Below, piece by piece: positions 38,073-48,367 of a DNA stretch of 64,000 nucleotides; positions within the stretch are counted from its first letter, which is position 1, and each line of letters starts with the position of its first letter. Location of the stretch: the NCBI GenBank assembly GCA_964187785.1, contig OZ076413.1, forward strand, positions 71,424,001-71,488,000, written 5' to 3'. A program made the position numbers and the translations under genes. This DNA is from Amphiscolops sp. MND2022 (lineage: Eukaryota). The notes under the pieces were generated by a model. The model ran no database searches and was not told the DNA's origin. It saw nothing but the letters and a program-made list of their open reading frames with translations.

Positions 38073-39145
38073 TGGTGACAGGAGTAATTAGCGAACCGAC
38101 CTCCAGCAACACCCACCCCCGGTCTTCGAGCCTGCCGCCTCCAAACCAGAGGCACTCCGACGAAATCATTGACAAGCTGTTAGAATCCCTGTATGCAACA
38201 CAACAACAGACAGCACAATTACCCCGTCTACCAAAAACGCTTGCCACGACAATGCCAACATTCGACGGCAAAAACGAAAAGTTTGAACTCTTCGAGGATT
38301 TGTTTCAAACAAGCTTGAAGGTCCATCCCCAAATAACGGAGCAAGAGAAAATACATTATTTCCACTCCCTACTGCGAGGAGACGCCTTGCAAACCTTTCG
38401 GAACATGACCGAAACCACCAAAACCAACCTGAACGACATCATCGCCGGATTCAGACGACGATATGTAAAAACCCAGTCAATAGCCACTGCTAGGTGTAAG
38501 TGGGAAAACCTCACATTCGACCCGGCGAACCAAACATTCCAAGATTTCTTGGAGAACTACCAGAAACTTGCCCAAGAGGCATACGCCGACGATGCACCCC
38601 GGTTTATAGAAACCTCCTTCTACGCAAAAATGCCGATACATCTCAAAAGAGTGTTAAATCAGGCACGCCTCGAAACAGCATCATATGAAACGATGGTCCA
38701 GCACCTAGAGCGGGAGATGGAGCTCAACGGATTGGCAAATCCAGAATCCACTACATTTACCGGCATACACAATGTCGAACCCGCCAACACATCCAATCAG
38801 GGGAGACACCCGAAAACTGCAAGCACGTGCTTTGGCTGCGGACACCAGGGCCACCTCCTCCGCAACTGCAGGAAGACAAACCGAGACAAACGGAACCAAA
38901 AACCCCCCAGCAATAACATCACCGATCCCTGCGAAACATGTGGCAAATTAAGCCACGAGACTAAAGACTGCTATTCTGGGGCGAACTGGGCAAACCGCCC
39001 TACATGGTGGAAAATGCCTAAATCAACAGGCGCCAACAGTATACCCCTACCACAACACTCTGCACCCGAAACTATCCAACAACCTTCAGCAAATCAGCAG
39101 CCACAAACCGCGGCACAACCACAATACCAGCCAAAAAACTACTAA
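37730..39145 (+). CDS. gag: Gag of gypsy-2
   Basis: ATG at 37730; PTFDGKNEKFELFEDLF, YFHSLLRGDAL capsid motifs; two CX2CX4HX4C knuckles (CFGCGHQGHLLRNC, CETCGKLSHETKDC). Confidence 0.92.
   Translation: MPEKSQKRKLRSDQSTSQFDVETASSVNDENTTLSERDFEDISNKIENRISKRLKDTELNQREILKLIENLSSKVDSLSSVNSEQGYSTTRTENSGNPTVELEETSLSRNESSNMVTGVISEPTSSNTHPRSSSLPPPNQRHSDEIIDKLLESLYATQQQTAQLPRLPKTLATTMPTFDGKNEKFELFEDLFQTSLKVHPQITEQEKIHYFHSLLRGDALQTFRNMTETTKTNLNDIIAGFRRRYVKTQSIATARCKWENLTFDPANQTFQDFLENYQKLAQEAYADDAPRFIETSFYAKMPIHLKRVLNQARLETASYETMVQHLEREMELNGLANPESTTFTGIHNVEPANTSNQGRHPKTASTCFGCGHQGHLLRNCRKTNRDKRNQKPPSNNITDPCETCGKLSHETKDCYSGANWANRPTWWKMPKSTGANSIPLPQHSAPETIQQPSANQQPQTAAQPQYQPKNY
38073..38085 (+). promoter_or_regulatory. 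Primer binding site, tRNA-Leu-like
   Basis: TGGTGACAGGAGT directly after the LTR CA; same core as the gypsy-1 PBS. Confidence 0.8.
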
Positions 39146-39170
39146 AGCCACGTCTTCGCTTCGGGGACTA
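39133..39170 (+). promoter_or_regulatory. -1 ribosomal frameshift signal (A AAA AAC plus stem-loop)
   Basis: Slippery heptamer 39133-39139 in the gag frame just before the stop; the -1 frame is open into pol; downstream GTCTTCG-ctt-CGGGGAC hairpin. Confidence 0.75.
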
Positions 39171-42100
39171 CACCGACTTCAGATACTACACCATATCTGA
39201 ACCCCCGAAGGACTTCGACAAGGAATTATTTATGGAATGCTCAGGTGAACCATCGATCGACTGGCAGCGACGATGGCTCATAAGACGCATCATCAAATTC
39301 AACAAAAACACCTTGGACAAACTCCCCTATCCAGACTGGTACACCCAAAACCCCACCCAATACAACACAACACGCAGACCATTACTTCCCAGCTCCACAC
39401 CCGAAACTTACATCTACGACCCCGACTTCGAATGCGACCCATACTACAACGACACTCTCTATGACTCAACAAACCTTGTCTTCAGACAGTCAATCAACGT
39501 ACCATTTCATGAATTCATAGCCAAAACCAACATGGACATCTCGACAACTCCAAGAAGGAAAGACGACCTCAGTCATACTCCCGAACCACAGGCTGAAGAA
39601 GAATTCGACACAGAAATCACTGTGATCGTAACACCTCCAACGACTTCCCTCAAGTCAATCCTCAAACACAACAATCAATCGCCACTGGTTGACTTCCAGT
39701 CACCCACGAAACTCCCAGCCACCCCCAATGAAATCCGGGCAGCTATGACGTCGTCCCCCTCCAGTCCAGAGAGTCCTGAACATAAATACTCCACCCCTAA
39801 AACCCTGGTTGACGACACAAAAGCCGGGGACCAAACAATTGCAAGTCAACCCACAACACAACCGAGAACTCGCCGCGTCAAACGAACTCTGACCTGCGAA
39901 TTCAATCAGCAAACAGAAGCTAAAACACCGACAAACAGCCCACTCATCACTACCCAAACCTCAAGAGAAGAGCCAACCAATCTAGAACAAGATGAAGAAT
40001 GGATTCAAACCAACAAACAATTGCATGAAATTGCAATTACAGACCCAGAAACAAGCGAAAAATGCATACCAATTTTTTCGGCCATCAATCTGAAAAAGAA
40101 AAGGAAAATGCTCTTCGCCCCGATGGATTTCAATAACATTTCAGTTGACGCGCTTGTTGACTCCGGAGCACTCGTCAACTGCTTACCAGAAAGGGAATTC
40201 CAGAAAATCAAAACGGTAAGCCCAGACAACATCCTCAAGGAAATGGATCCACCAACATTTAAATTGCAGGTCGCAAACGGCGAAATAGAAACCCCCACAA
40301 AAACAGTTCAACTACAATTTGAACTAGGCGACTGGACGTTCAAAGAGACGTTCATCGTAGCCACAAAGATGACAGGGCCCATCCTCGGACTCACCTTTCT
40401 TAAAAACAATAGCGCAATCCTCGACGTCAGTCAGGCCCTCTTACATTTCCCTCACCTGACTTACGCAATTTCTGCAGACGATAACGAGACAATCTCAAGA
40501 CACCATAAAGTCACTACCAAAACCCAACTCACCATCATGCCCGACCAGTGTGTAACAATTGAAGCCGGCATCAACCTACGTACCCTGACAAACACCACAG
40601 GAATCATCAACCCTACTGAACCATACTCCGGAGAACACCAACTGGTAGTAGCCAGCTCTCTATCAACAGTCACAAACTCCAAAATCGAAATCAGGGTTAC
40701 CAACACATCTCCAAATCCATTCACCCTCAAAAAGAACACAAATCTTGCAGAATTCACCATTCTATCCCCCCAGGAAGCCAAGCAACTCCACCCACTCAAC
40801 TCTGCAGCCCTAAAGGTATTAGCAGAAGACGATTCCGAACAGGCGCTAGAATACGTAAACGAACTCCTCAAATCGTCTGAAAAGCCTCAGACTGTTCAAA
40901 ATTTCTGGTTCCCCACACCGGAAAACCCAGGAGACCCATCAACACACACACCTATCCAGAGCAGGATACTGAGAGAGATAGAAGAACTGGAAAACATCCA
41001 GAAACTCAATCCTCATGACAGCCCTGAGGACAGAGCAACTTTCCTATCCAATTTCAAGTGGACGGATTCACAACTCAGTGATGAAGACAAAAAGGACATA
41101 GAAGCAATCCTTGTAGAATACAACGATATCTTCGCAAGGCACCGTCTTGATATCGGAATTAACAACGAATTCAAAATAAAGCTCACCCCCAAATCCGAAC
41201 AGCCAGCGTACACTCAAAGCCTACCCTGCCCAGTCAACCTGAAAGACGACTTGACAGTCGAATTGGCGTTAATGCACTACTACGGCATAATCACCACGCT
41301 CCCTTTCAGCAAGTACGCAAGCCCAATATTTGCCCAAAGAAAACCAAACGGACGCCTACGATTGCTAGTTGACTTACGAAAGATCAACAACCTCATTTCC
41401 GACGATTATATAAACAATAATCACCCTGTGAGCACCCTCTCGGATGCAGCTCAGCATTTAGCCGGAAAGAAACTGTTTTGCAAGCTTGACTGTTCTCAAG
41501 CCTACCATGTCCTGCAAATGGCGGACCAGAAATCAGTGGAACTCCTGGCGTTCAACTTTGCCAGTCGGACATTCGCCTACCTGCGACTCGCACAAGGGCT
41601 CAGCAGATCTCTCTCCTCCTTCTCGAGCTTTATGCGGGAATACCTTGACCGAGTCATCAAAACCGACAAGTGCGCCCAGTACGTCGACGACATCGGGATA
41701 GCTACCCATACTGCCGAGGAGCTGAAGAACAACCTGCGTGAGGTCTTTCAGTGCATAAGAGAAGCAGGTCTGCGTCTGACAATGGCTAAATGTCAGTTCG
41801 GTGCCAAGGAAGTCGAATTCCTTGGACGAACAGTCTCACCCGAAGGAATCGCCCCACAGAGTCACAAGATCAAGAACTACCTACAAAAACTGTCGTTCCC
41901 AAAAACCAAAAAGGGCCTCCAGAGGTATATTGGTTTCGTTAATTATTATCGGAACTACATACCTCGCCTCTCCGAAAAGATAGCACCCTTCCACGAATTA
42001 GTCAAGGCAGACAAACCAATCAAGATCACAAACGAGATCATAGGGACATTTGACAACATCAACAAGGCACTTGACAACGCTTGTGGGCTATGGCTGAAAC

Positions 42101-44508
42101 AACCACTACCCAACAAACAGTACGTCCTCATGACAGACGCGAACTTCAAAAATGCAGGCTACGCCCTCATGATTGAAGAAAACGCTGATGAAAAACTGAC
42201 CTCAGTTAAAAAGATTTACGCCCCGGTAGCGTTTGGTTCCAAGACATTCTCTCCGTCCCAAATCAAAATGTCAATATATGCCAAAGAATTCTTGGCTATA
42301 TATTTCGCCTTCATGGAATACAGCCACATATTGTGGGGATCGACCAAACCGGTCATCGTCCTAACAGACAACAAGTCCGTCACACGGTTTTTTCAAACCA
42401 AAATAATACCACCAGCCTTGTGGAACGCCTGCGATTTCGTCCTACAATTCCACTTTACGATCGCCCACGTCCCAGGGCGCATGAACACCGCAGCTGATTT
42501 CCTTTCCCGACTTGACCTAGACCCAAAGGAAAAAGTCCAACTCTTGATCCGAGACGACATTCAAACAACACCAATAGAGGTGCACATTCAATCCTCCAAC
42601 GTCGCAGAAGAGGAACAGTTCTACTTCCTCCCCGACGATGATATTGAAACCGAAGAACAGATTTGGGAGAGGAAGCAAAGAGCCCGCAAGAAAATTCTAG
42701 GGAACGACACCCCGCCAACGCCAGGAGAAGAAGCAAATAATGAAACAGTCCAAACAGAAGACACCACAGTCATATTTCAAACGGAAATAACAAGACACAA
42801 CAAAACCACCGAAGACAAAGAAAACACCCTCCCAACTGACATGCGACACCAACAGGACCAAGACAGTGTCCTCAGAAACTACAAACTGCGCCTCCTCAAG
42901 GAACCATACGATGAACACCTGATGGCCACAGACCACAGGGCACTCCGTTACACAGCGCAAGAATCGAGAATCATACTCAAGGACGGGCTGCTATACCGGC
43001 AGTACTTCGGAGAAACCGGAACAGTCAAACACCTGCAAGTACTACTCCCGGAGCATCTGGTCGACTCCTTCATCGAGGCACACCATGGAATGCATAACAA
43101 ACACCCGGGAATAACGAAAGTAATACAACAATGCAGAGAAAAGTATTACTACCCAAGTCTCGCAGCAAGGATAGCCAAACATATCAACCAATGCATGAAA
43201 TGCATGCAAACAAAACGAACAGACAATCGCCTCCTAACCCCACCAATGATCGACACGTCCAAACTGGCAATGGGACCCGAAGACGCCCTACAAATGGACA
43301 TCGTCCCCTTCGACGAGCCATCCAACGGATTCACAGCGATAGTCACCGCCATGGACGTCTTTTCCCGCTATCTATTTACCTATTGTGTCACCAAAATAGA
43401 TGCCCGCTCGATCGCAAGAGTACTGGTAGACATAATGACAAGACATGCTTACCTGCCCACAACGATCATAACTGACAAAGGAACTCAATTCATGTCCGAA
43501 GTAATGGCTGACACCACACGCGTTCTAGGCATCCAATTGAGACACGCAACTACCAAACATGCCCAAACAATTGGTATCCTAGAACGCTGTCATGCATCCT
43601 TAAAAGAAGCCCTGAAAATATCAACAGGAGAAAGGAGAACAATGTGGCACCAGTTCGTACCAACCGCCACACTAAACTACAACACAACCTACCACTCGGC
43701 GCTAGGGTGCGAACCCAGTAGAGTATTCCATGGCAGAATACCATACAATGTGCTTGACTTAAAGTTCGGTCTCAAACAGAACCAAACCCAAAACCCAAAA
43801 ACAGACATAGGCGAAGAAGTCGTCCAGAAGACCCGGATGATACACCAATCAGTAACCAAACACCTCCTCCACTCCTACATACGGTACAAACAGTACTACG
43901 ATAAAAAAGCTTCTGCCCACCCCCTAGCAGCAAACGACTACTGCTACGCCTTACACCCCCAGGCAAACAACCAGGGATCGAAACTACCTTTCCGCGAGTA
44001 TTTATGGACAGGACCATTCGTAGTAGTTAAAACCCTTCCCAACAACAACTACCTAGTTCGTAAATTACAAACGAACAAGACCCAAATTCTACACAGAATA
44101 CGACTGAAACCATGTCCCACGAAAAATCGCCTTCCCGATATACAAGTTCAAACCAAGGACTTTCAACCAGACGATGAAGTCGAAATCCTACACGATGACC
44201 TATACGCCCTAGCCTGGCAATCAGGGTTTGAACACTTTGTGATGACCCATAACCACGATTCCAACAACGAATCGGCAATCAACCCGACAGATAGTCATGA
44301 CGTCTTAGAAAACATTGCCCAGGACGACACCCACGATATCCTAACGGAACCCCAACCCGAACAACAGGAATCCCAACCAGAACCCAACCCAAACCCAGAG
44401 CCTAGTTCCCCCCGTAAAGGCAAATATAACCTTCGCAGCAACCCCCCTTCAAATTGGAAAAGGGACTACGCCTACTACAACCCAATGGTTGTTAGCTCAA
44501 ATGAATAA
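39139..44508 (+). CDS. pol: Pol of gypsy-2 (PR-RT-RH-IN), intact
   Basis: Single open frame: LVDSGA protease, YVDD RT, TDA RNase H, HHGMHNKH...CMKC zinc finger, D-D-E core (QMDIV, TDKGTQF, ILERC), WTGPF C-terminal motif. Confidence 0.96.
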   Translation, partial: LLKPRLRFGDYTDFRYYTISEPPKDFDKELFMECSGEPSIDWQRRWLIRRIIKFNKNTLDKLPYPDWYTQNPTQYNTTRRPLLPSSTPETYIYDPDFECDPYYNDTLYDSTNLVFRQSINVPFHEFIAKTNMDISTTPRRKDDLSHTPEPQAEEEFDTEITVIVTPPTTSLKSILKHNNQSPLVDFQSPTKLPATPNEIRAAMTSSPSSPESPEHKYSTPKTLVDDTKAGDQTIASQPTTQPRTRRVKRTLTCEFNQQTEAKTPTNSPLITTQTSREEPTNLEQDEEWIQTNKQLHEIAITDPETSEKCIPIFSAINLKKKRKMLFAPMDFNNISVDALVDSGALVNCLPEREFQKIKTVSPDNILKEMDPPTFKLQVANGEIETPTKTVQLQFELGDWTFKETFIVATKMTGPILGLTFLKNNSAILDVSQALLHFPHLTYAISADDNETISRHHKVTTKTQLTIMPDQCVTIEAGINLRTLTNTTGIINPTEPYSGEHQLVVASSLSTVTNSKIEIRVTNTSPNPFTLKKNTNLAEFTILSPQEAKQLHPLNSAALKVLAEDDSEQALEYVNELLKSSEKPQTVQNFWFPTPENPGDPSTHTPIQSRILREIEELENIQKLNPHDSPEDRATFLSNFKWTDSQLSDEDKKDIEAILVEYNDIFARHRLDIGINNEFKIKLTPKSEQPAYTQSLPCPVNLKDDLTVELALMHYYGIITTLPFSKYASPIFAQRKPNGRLRLLVDLRKINNLISDDYINNNHPVSTLSDAAQHLAGKKLFCKLDCSQAYHVLQMADQKSVELLAFNFASRTFAYLRLAQGLSRSLSSFSSFMREYLDRVIKTDKCAQYVDDIGIATHTAEELKNNLREVFQCIREAGLRLTMAKCQFGAKEVEFLGRTVSPEGIAPQSHKIKNYLQKLSFPKTKKGLQRYIGFVNYYRNYIPRLSEKIAPFHELVKADKPIKITNEIIGTFDNINKALDNACGLWLKQPLPNKQYVLMTDANFKNAGYALMIEENADEKLTSVKKIYAPVAFGSKTFSPSQIKMSIYAKEFLAIYFAFMEYSHILWGSTKPVIVLTDNKSVTRFFQTKIIPPALWNACDFVLQFHFTIAHVPGRMNTAADFLSRLDLDPKEKVQLLIRDDIQTTPIEVHIQSSNVAEEEQFYFLPDDDIETEEQIWERKQRARKKILGNDTPPTPGEEANNETVQTEDTTVIFQTEITRHNKTTEDKENTLPTDMRHQQDQDSVLRNYKLRLLKEPYDEHLMATDHRALRYTAQESRIILKDGLLYRQYFGETGTVKHLQVLLPEHLVDSFIEAHHGMHNKHPGITKVIQQCREKYYYPSLAARIAKHINQCMKCMQTKRTDNRLLTPPMIDTSKLAMGPEDALQMDIVPFDEPSNGFTAIVTAMDVFSRYLFTYCVTKIDARSIARVLVDIMTRHAYLPTTIITDKGTQFMSEVMADTTRVLGIQLRHATTKHAQTIGILERCHASLKEALKISTGERRTMWHQFVPTATLNYNTTYHSALGCEPSRVFHGRIPYNVLDLKFGLKQNQTQNPKTDIGEEVVQKTRMIHQSVTKHLLHSYIRYKQYYDKKASAHPLAANDYCYALHPQANNQGSKLPFREYLWTGPFVVVKTLPNNNYLVRKLQTNKTQILHRIRLKPCPTKNRLPDIQVQTKDFQPDDEVEILHDDLYALAWQSGFEHFVMTHNHDSNNESAINPTDSHDVLENIAQDDTHDILTEPQPEQQESQPEPNPNPEPSSPRKGKYNLRSNPPSNWKRDYAYYNPMVVSSNE

Positions 44509-44830
44509 ACTTCCAATATGAATTCATGAAATGGTACACCTACTACTCACTCAATTGACCTAAAACTGACTCAAATCCCTACAACTCGTCTACGCACTCA
44601 AGGAAAAACAATACAAAGAGCCAAAAATATACTACAGACTCTCCATGCCCACTACGGACAAATATATCCATTCCCTTTTCTTTGGCTGCAATACTAACTA
44701 CATTTGATTAAAAGACTTCAGCCCATTCAACAACATACATAATACAGAACAAAGTAGACAAAGTGCCAACAACAATAAAGACCAAACTATAAAGATACAC
44801 AGTTCAACGTTCCAACAAATTATGAAATCA

Positions 44831-47454
44831 TCATCGCCTCTTTCCTTTCTTCTTGTCCTTTGAAGCACTCGATGAAGCTTGATTCGAAGACAACATTTCT
44901 TTCCGTTCCTGGCGTCTTTGCTGCAAAACCCGGGTAACGTCACTTGACCGCACAGGACTACACATCAGTAGCGACTTATCGACAACATTAGCAGCTGAAG
45001 GAGGTGGCGTACTGGGAGAAACATCTTGAATACTACCAGCATCACGGGACACACTTGCCCCAGCTTGCGGACTGACAACAGCAGCATCGGCAGACGGCGC
45101 AACACTAGAACCACCAGTACCTGCAACAGCCATCTTTGACAGAGTGCCCAGACGATGACGCCAATCATCCACCTGTTCCAGGAAATACGCGTCGAAACGA
45201 TCACGCAAACTGCGGTACAACTCCTGGTGGCAATGCTGATATACCGATGTCCATGGAGAGAAACTAACGTCATCGATGAAACTCTTTCCAGCAGGGAGAT
45301 TGACCTTTAAATCATCCAGACAGTCTTTTGTCAACAACTCCCCGGAACTGAACCCAGAGAAGGAAACGTAAGACTGCACAGAGAGAATAGCTGAAGTAAG
45401 AATCTTTGCTGGAACAGCTACACCACTCAACGAGATATCCACATCAGGATATGACACCTCACGGGGTACCACCAGAACTGAGGACAACTGAACAACACGC
45501 GACAAATGGTCCCGACAACCGAAAGCCTCAGACTCCCGCATGAAGCTAAAAGTGTCTTTGATGTTGGACACCACTCGGCGATTCCGTCGACGCAATTCCA
45601 CTAAGAAGGACTTGAATTCATTACAGGACCCTTCGGCCTCTACATCAGTCAAACGTCCACACTCTAGGTAACAAGCAACCAGACCACGAAAGAGCTCAAC
45701 AGTATATGATTCCTCGCCAAGAAGCAACATATCCGGAGAAAAACAACTCAAACTGGAGGACAGGCGAGAATTCATAAAGGCAGATTCATTCAACACTCTC
45801 AAAAATCCCATGAGCAGCGAGTGACCCTCGCGAAGGAAAGAACGACGTAGTGCAGCAGTAGATCCAACCAATGCCTTCACCACAATGGGCTCTCCAACCA
45901 GACACTCCGCATATGAGAGGTTTGACCAGGTAGTCAAGGGTTTGCCGACATACTCGCTCCAGGCATCAATTTCAGGAAGTTCAGACAGCTTCTTAACTTT
46001 GCCAAGAAGACTCCAATAAAAGAAGCAGAATTCACTATAATTTCGACAACTGTAGTCGGTAATTTCCATCACGAACTGTTTCTCAAAATTGGCCATGAAA
46101 CACAGAACCAGCACTTGAAGCACACACAGTCGGGGCAAAATATGGTCATCGGCCAACACCATCTGACTCAGGTCCTGCGGAACTTTGCTCCGGGATGACG
46201 AGACAACACCACCCTCCCCCAAGAACAATTTAATATCTCCCCAATGACTGACGATCTCATCGAGAACAACACTGAGAGAGGTGAAAGGGATATCTCGCTG
46301 TTGAATGCAACGGCGCAAGGTCGCAAGTCCAAGCATCCAAGACTGATTTACAGCACGTTGTAAACGCAACAACAGATAGTCCAGAAGAGCGAAGCAGTCC
46401 AGAGCACTAGAACCACTTTTACCAGCTTCTTGCACATGCTCTTTGAATACTTTTGGGGTATATTCAGAAATGAACATGGGCTTGGGGCGACACTGCTCGA
46501 CACACCATTCGGTCACCACATTGAAGAGAGTCGATGAAAACCCTCGCAGGCAAACAGGTGACTGCCCGGCTGGTAGAATTGCAAATATCCGCGTCAGACC
46601 AATAATTTCAGAATCACAGAGACCCGGCGAGTTAGGTTCCCACAAAATGCAAACTTCACGCAGAGTACCACTAGCAAAACAGTGTACATTGAAACGCAAA
46701 CCATCACGATCCTCCCGCAGACTAACACTGGCAAAGGAATCCTTCACCCATCCTTGCACCCGGCGGAGAATCCGGGGGTATAGAGTCTGTCCAATAATCA
46801 CCAACGTTTCAGTCTTACTCCAGGTCGCCTGCGCGCAATTTGAATCCACTGGAAGTGCCGCTTGAAATTGGCTCCACAACCGTCTCAGAAAACGATGAGA
46901 ACCCCCACTCCGAAGCAATTCAAATAGGCCTCCAACCAGAGTTGAAGATGGCACGTTGGACACCACCCCAACTAACGCATCGACCTCATCTTCTATGAAA
47001 GGATTCTTCTTGCCCAAGACTACCACAGGAGTCTCCTCGATCTCTGCACGCAACTCAGCCGAAATAGACGACACAGGCACTTCATCGAATCGGGTAGTAT
47101 ACAGTACATCTTCGTGGTCCAGACGATAACGCCGATCCTTTAAGAAATGGCTCTTGCGGGTAAAGTGACGCCAAATCTCCGGCTCACCCCGACTGAGGAA
47201 AGACACGTCTCGGCGACACACAGCACAATTGAACCCATTGGGATTCCGGTCAGATCTGCGACTCACAAATAGCTGCGGCAATGGATGACTAGCCATTTCC
47301 TTTCGCAGTACATTCCGCTCCACTTGTCGCAGTTTCCTCCTCTCATACTTAGCAAAGAGCCGGCGTTTTGTCTCTTCTTCCACACTTATCTGGGACTGTC
47401 TGGACTGCATGTAAATCCCTTTTGACTTCAACAGGCGGACGATTTCAGTGAGAC
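44831..47454 (-). CDS. Antisense gene exon 5: zinc finger plus degenerate hAT-transposase-like domain
   Basis: 2.6 kb open frame; acceptor tttgtgtgtttag|GT (phase 1); C-x2-C-x16-H-x5-H at 47147-47227; hAT-like blocks without catalytic residues. Confidence 0.8.
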
Positions 47455-47582
47455 CTAAACACACAAACAAACCAATACACCGAAGCATACACTGATAGAA
47501 GACAACCAGTAATGTGAGAACAGACCAGGCGATAGATCAACCAACAAACACATAAATAAACTCAAATGCAACGAAAACTAAC

Positions 47583-47708
47583 GTTTTGACAGACTACGAT
47601 CATCTTCCCGTTTCTGACTCCGTTCCAGTCGAACAGCAGCCTGCCCGAAAGCCAGCACTTGTGAGGAGGACAGGCACACCGCTCCAGCTGGGATATCCGA
47701 GAGACCCG
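47583..47708 (-). CDS. Antisense gene exon 4
   Basis: Acceptor ggtttctttag|CG, donor AAAC|GTTAGT, 126 nt phase 1-1, open (AGLSDIPAG...REDDRSLSK); joins exon 5 in frame. Confidence 0.62.
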
Positions 47709-47805
47709 CTAAAGAAACCAACCAGAATGAGACACAAGCCTACAGAGCATACGAAGAAGGACATGGAAATAAAGCAGCGAAGTTCATAACGCCAATAATA
47801 GTTAC

Positions 47806-48012
47806 CTTTCTCCCATTCATTGTGGAGGACTGAACGCTCCAGACCTACACTAGGCCGAGAATGCTGGGTGCGCTCCCGAGATTTCCCAGAAGAGGGCCCG
47901 GGTTCGAAAGCAACAGTGCCACCCACGCTGGCAGACGTCCCGCAAGTCACATCGCCAGAAGCTGGACCAGACTCATGGTGAGTACCCGCACCACGCATCG
48001 GCGAAGCATTAC
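47806..48012 (-). CDS. Antisense gene exon 3
   Basis: Acceptor ttgttttccag|GT, donor AAAG|GTAACT, 207 nt phase 1-1, S/G-rich. Confidence 0.65.
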
Positions 48013-48081
48013 CTGGAAAACAATCAATACTCAACATCACCAGTCCTGATGTAACACGACCATGACAGAACGAATACCTAC

Positions 48082-48273
48082 TGGATTTGGGCAACTGCAG
48101 AAACAGTGAGTCATCACTACCCTCGTCATCTGATGAATCCACAACAGACACCCGAGAGCGTTTCGTAGCCTCATCCGGAAGAACAGAATGCAATCGCTTG
48201 CTACGGCGCCCACCAGAACCACCGACAGAACTACCGGGTACAAAATCTGCATCACGAGGATCATCACTATCAC
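48082..48273 (-). CDS. Antisense gene exon 2
   Basis: Acceptor TTCTAAT(branch)...ttttgtgcag|GT, donor TCCA|GTAGGT, 192 nt phase 1-1; DSDDPRDADFVP...RRSKR acidic/basic low complexity. Confidence 0.68.
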
Positions 48274-48367
48274 CTGCACAAAACCCATATTCCATTAGAA
48301 GAATGACGCGTCTGTTTACTAGCATAAAACTGTTAGCTGGCCACTAACAAATAGCTAAAGGACTTAC

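Noticed and set aside
39700-44278. Minus-strand ORFs opposite gypsy-2 pol, and similar ORFs opposite the BEL and gypsy-1 genes
   Set aside because: Short shadow frames of the real coding strand without coherent splice signals, unlike 44831-48758.
44831-47488. Independent hAT transposon nested in gypsy-2
   Set aside because: No TIRs or 8-bp TSD found around it, catalytic residues appear replaced while the frame is fully open, and upstream exons splice into it; fits an accessory gene better (siblings needed to confirm).
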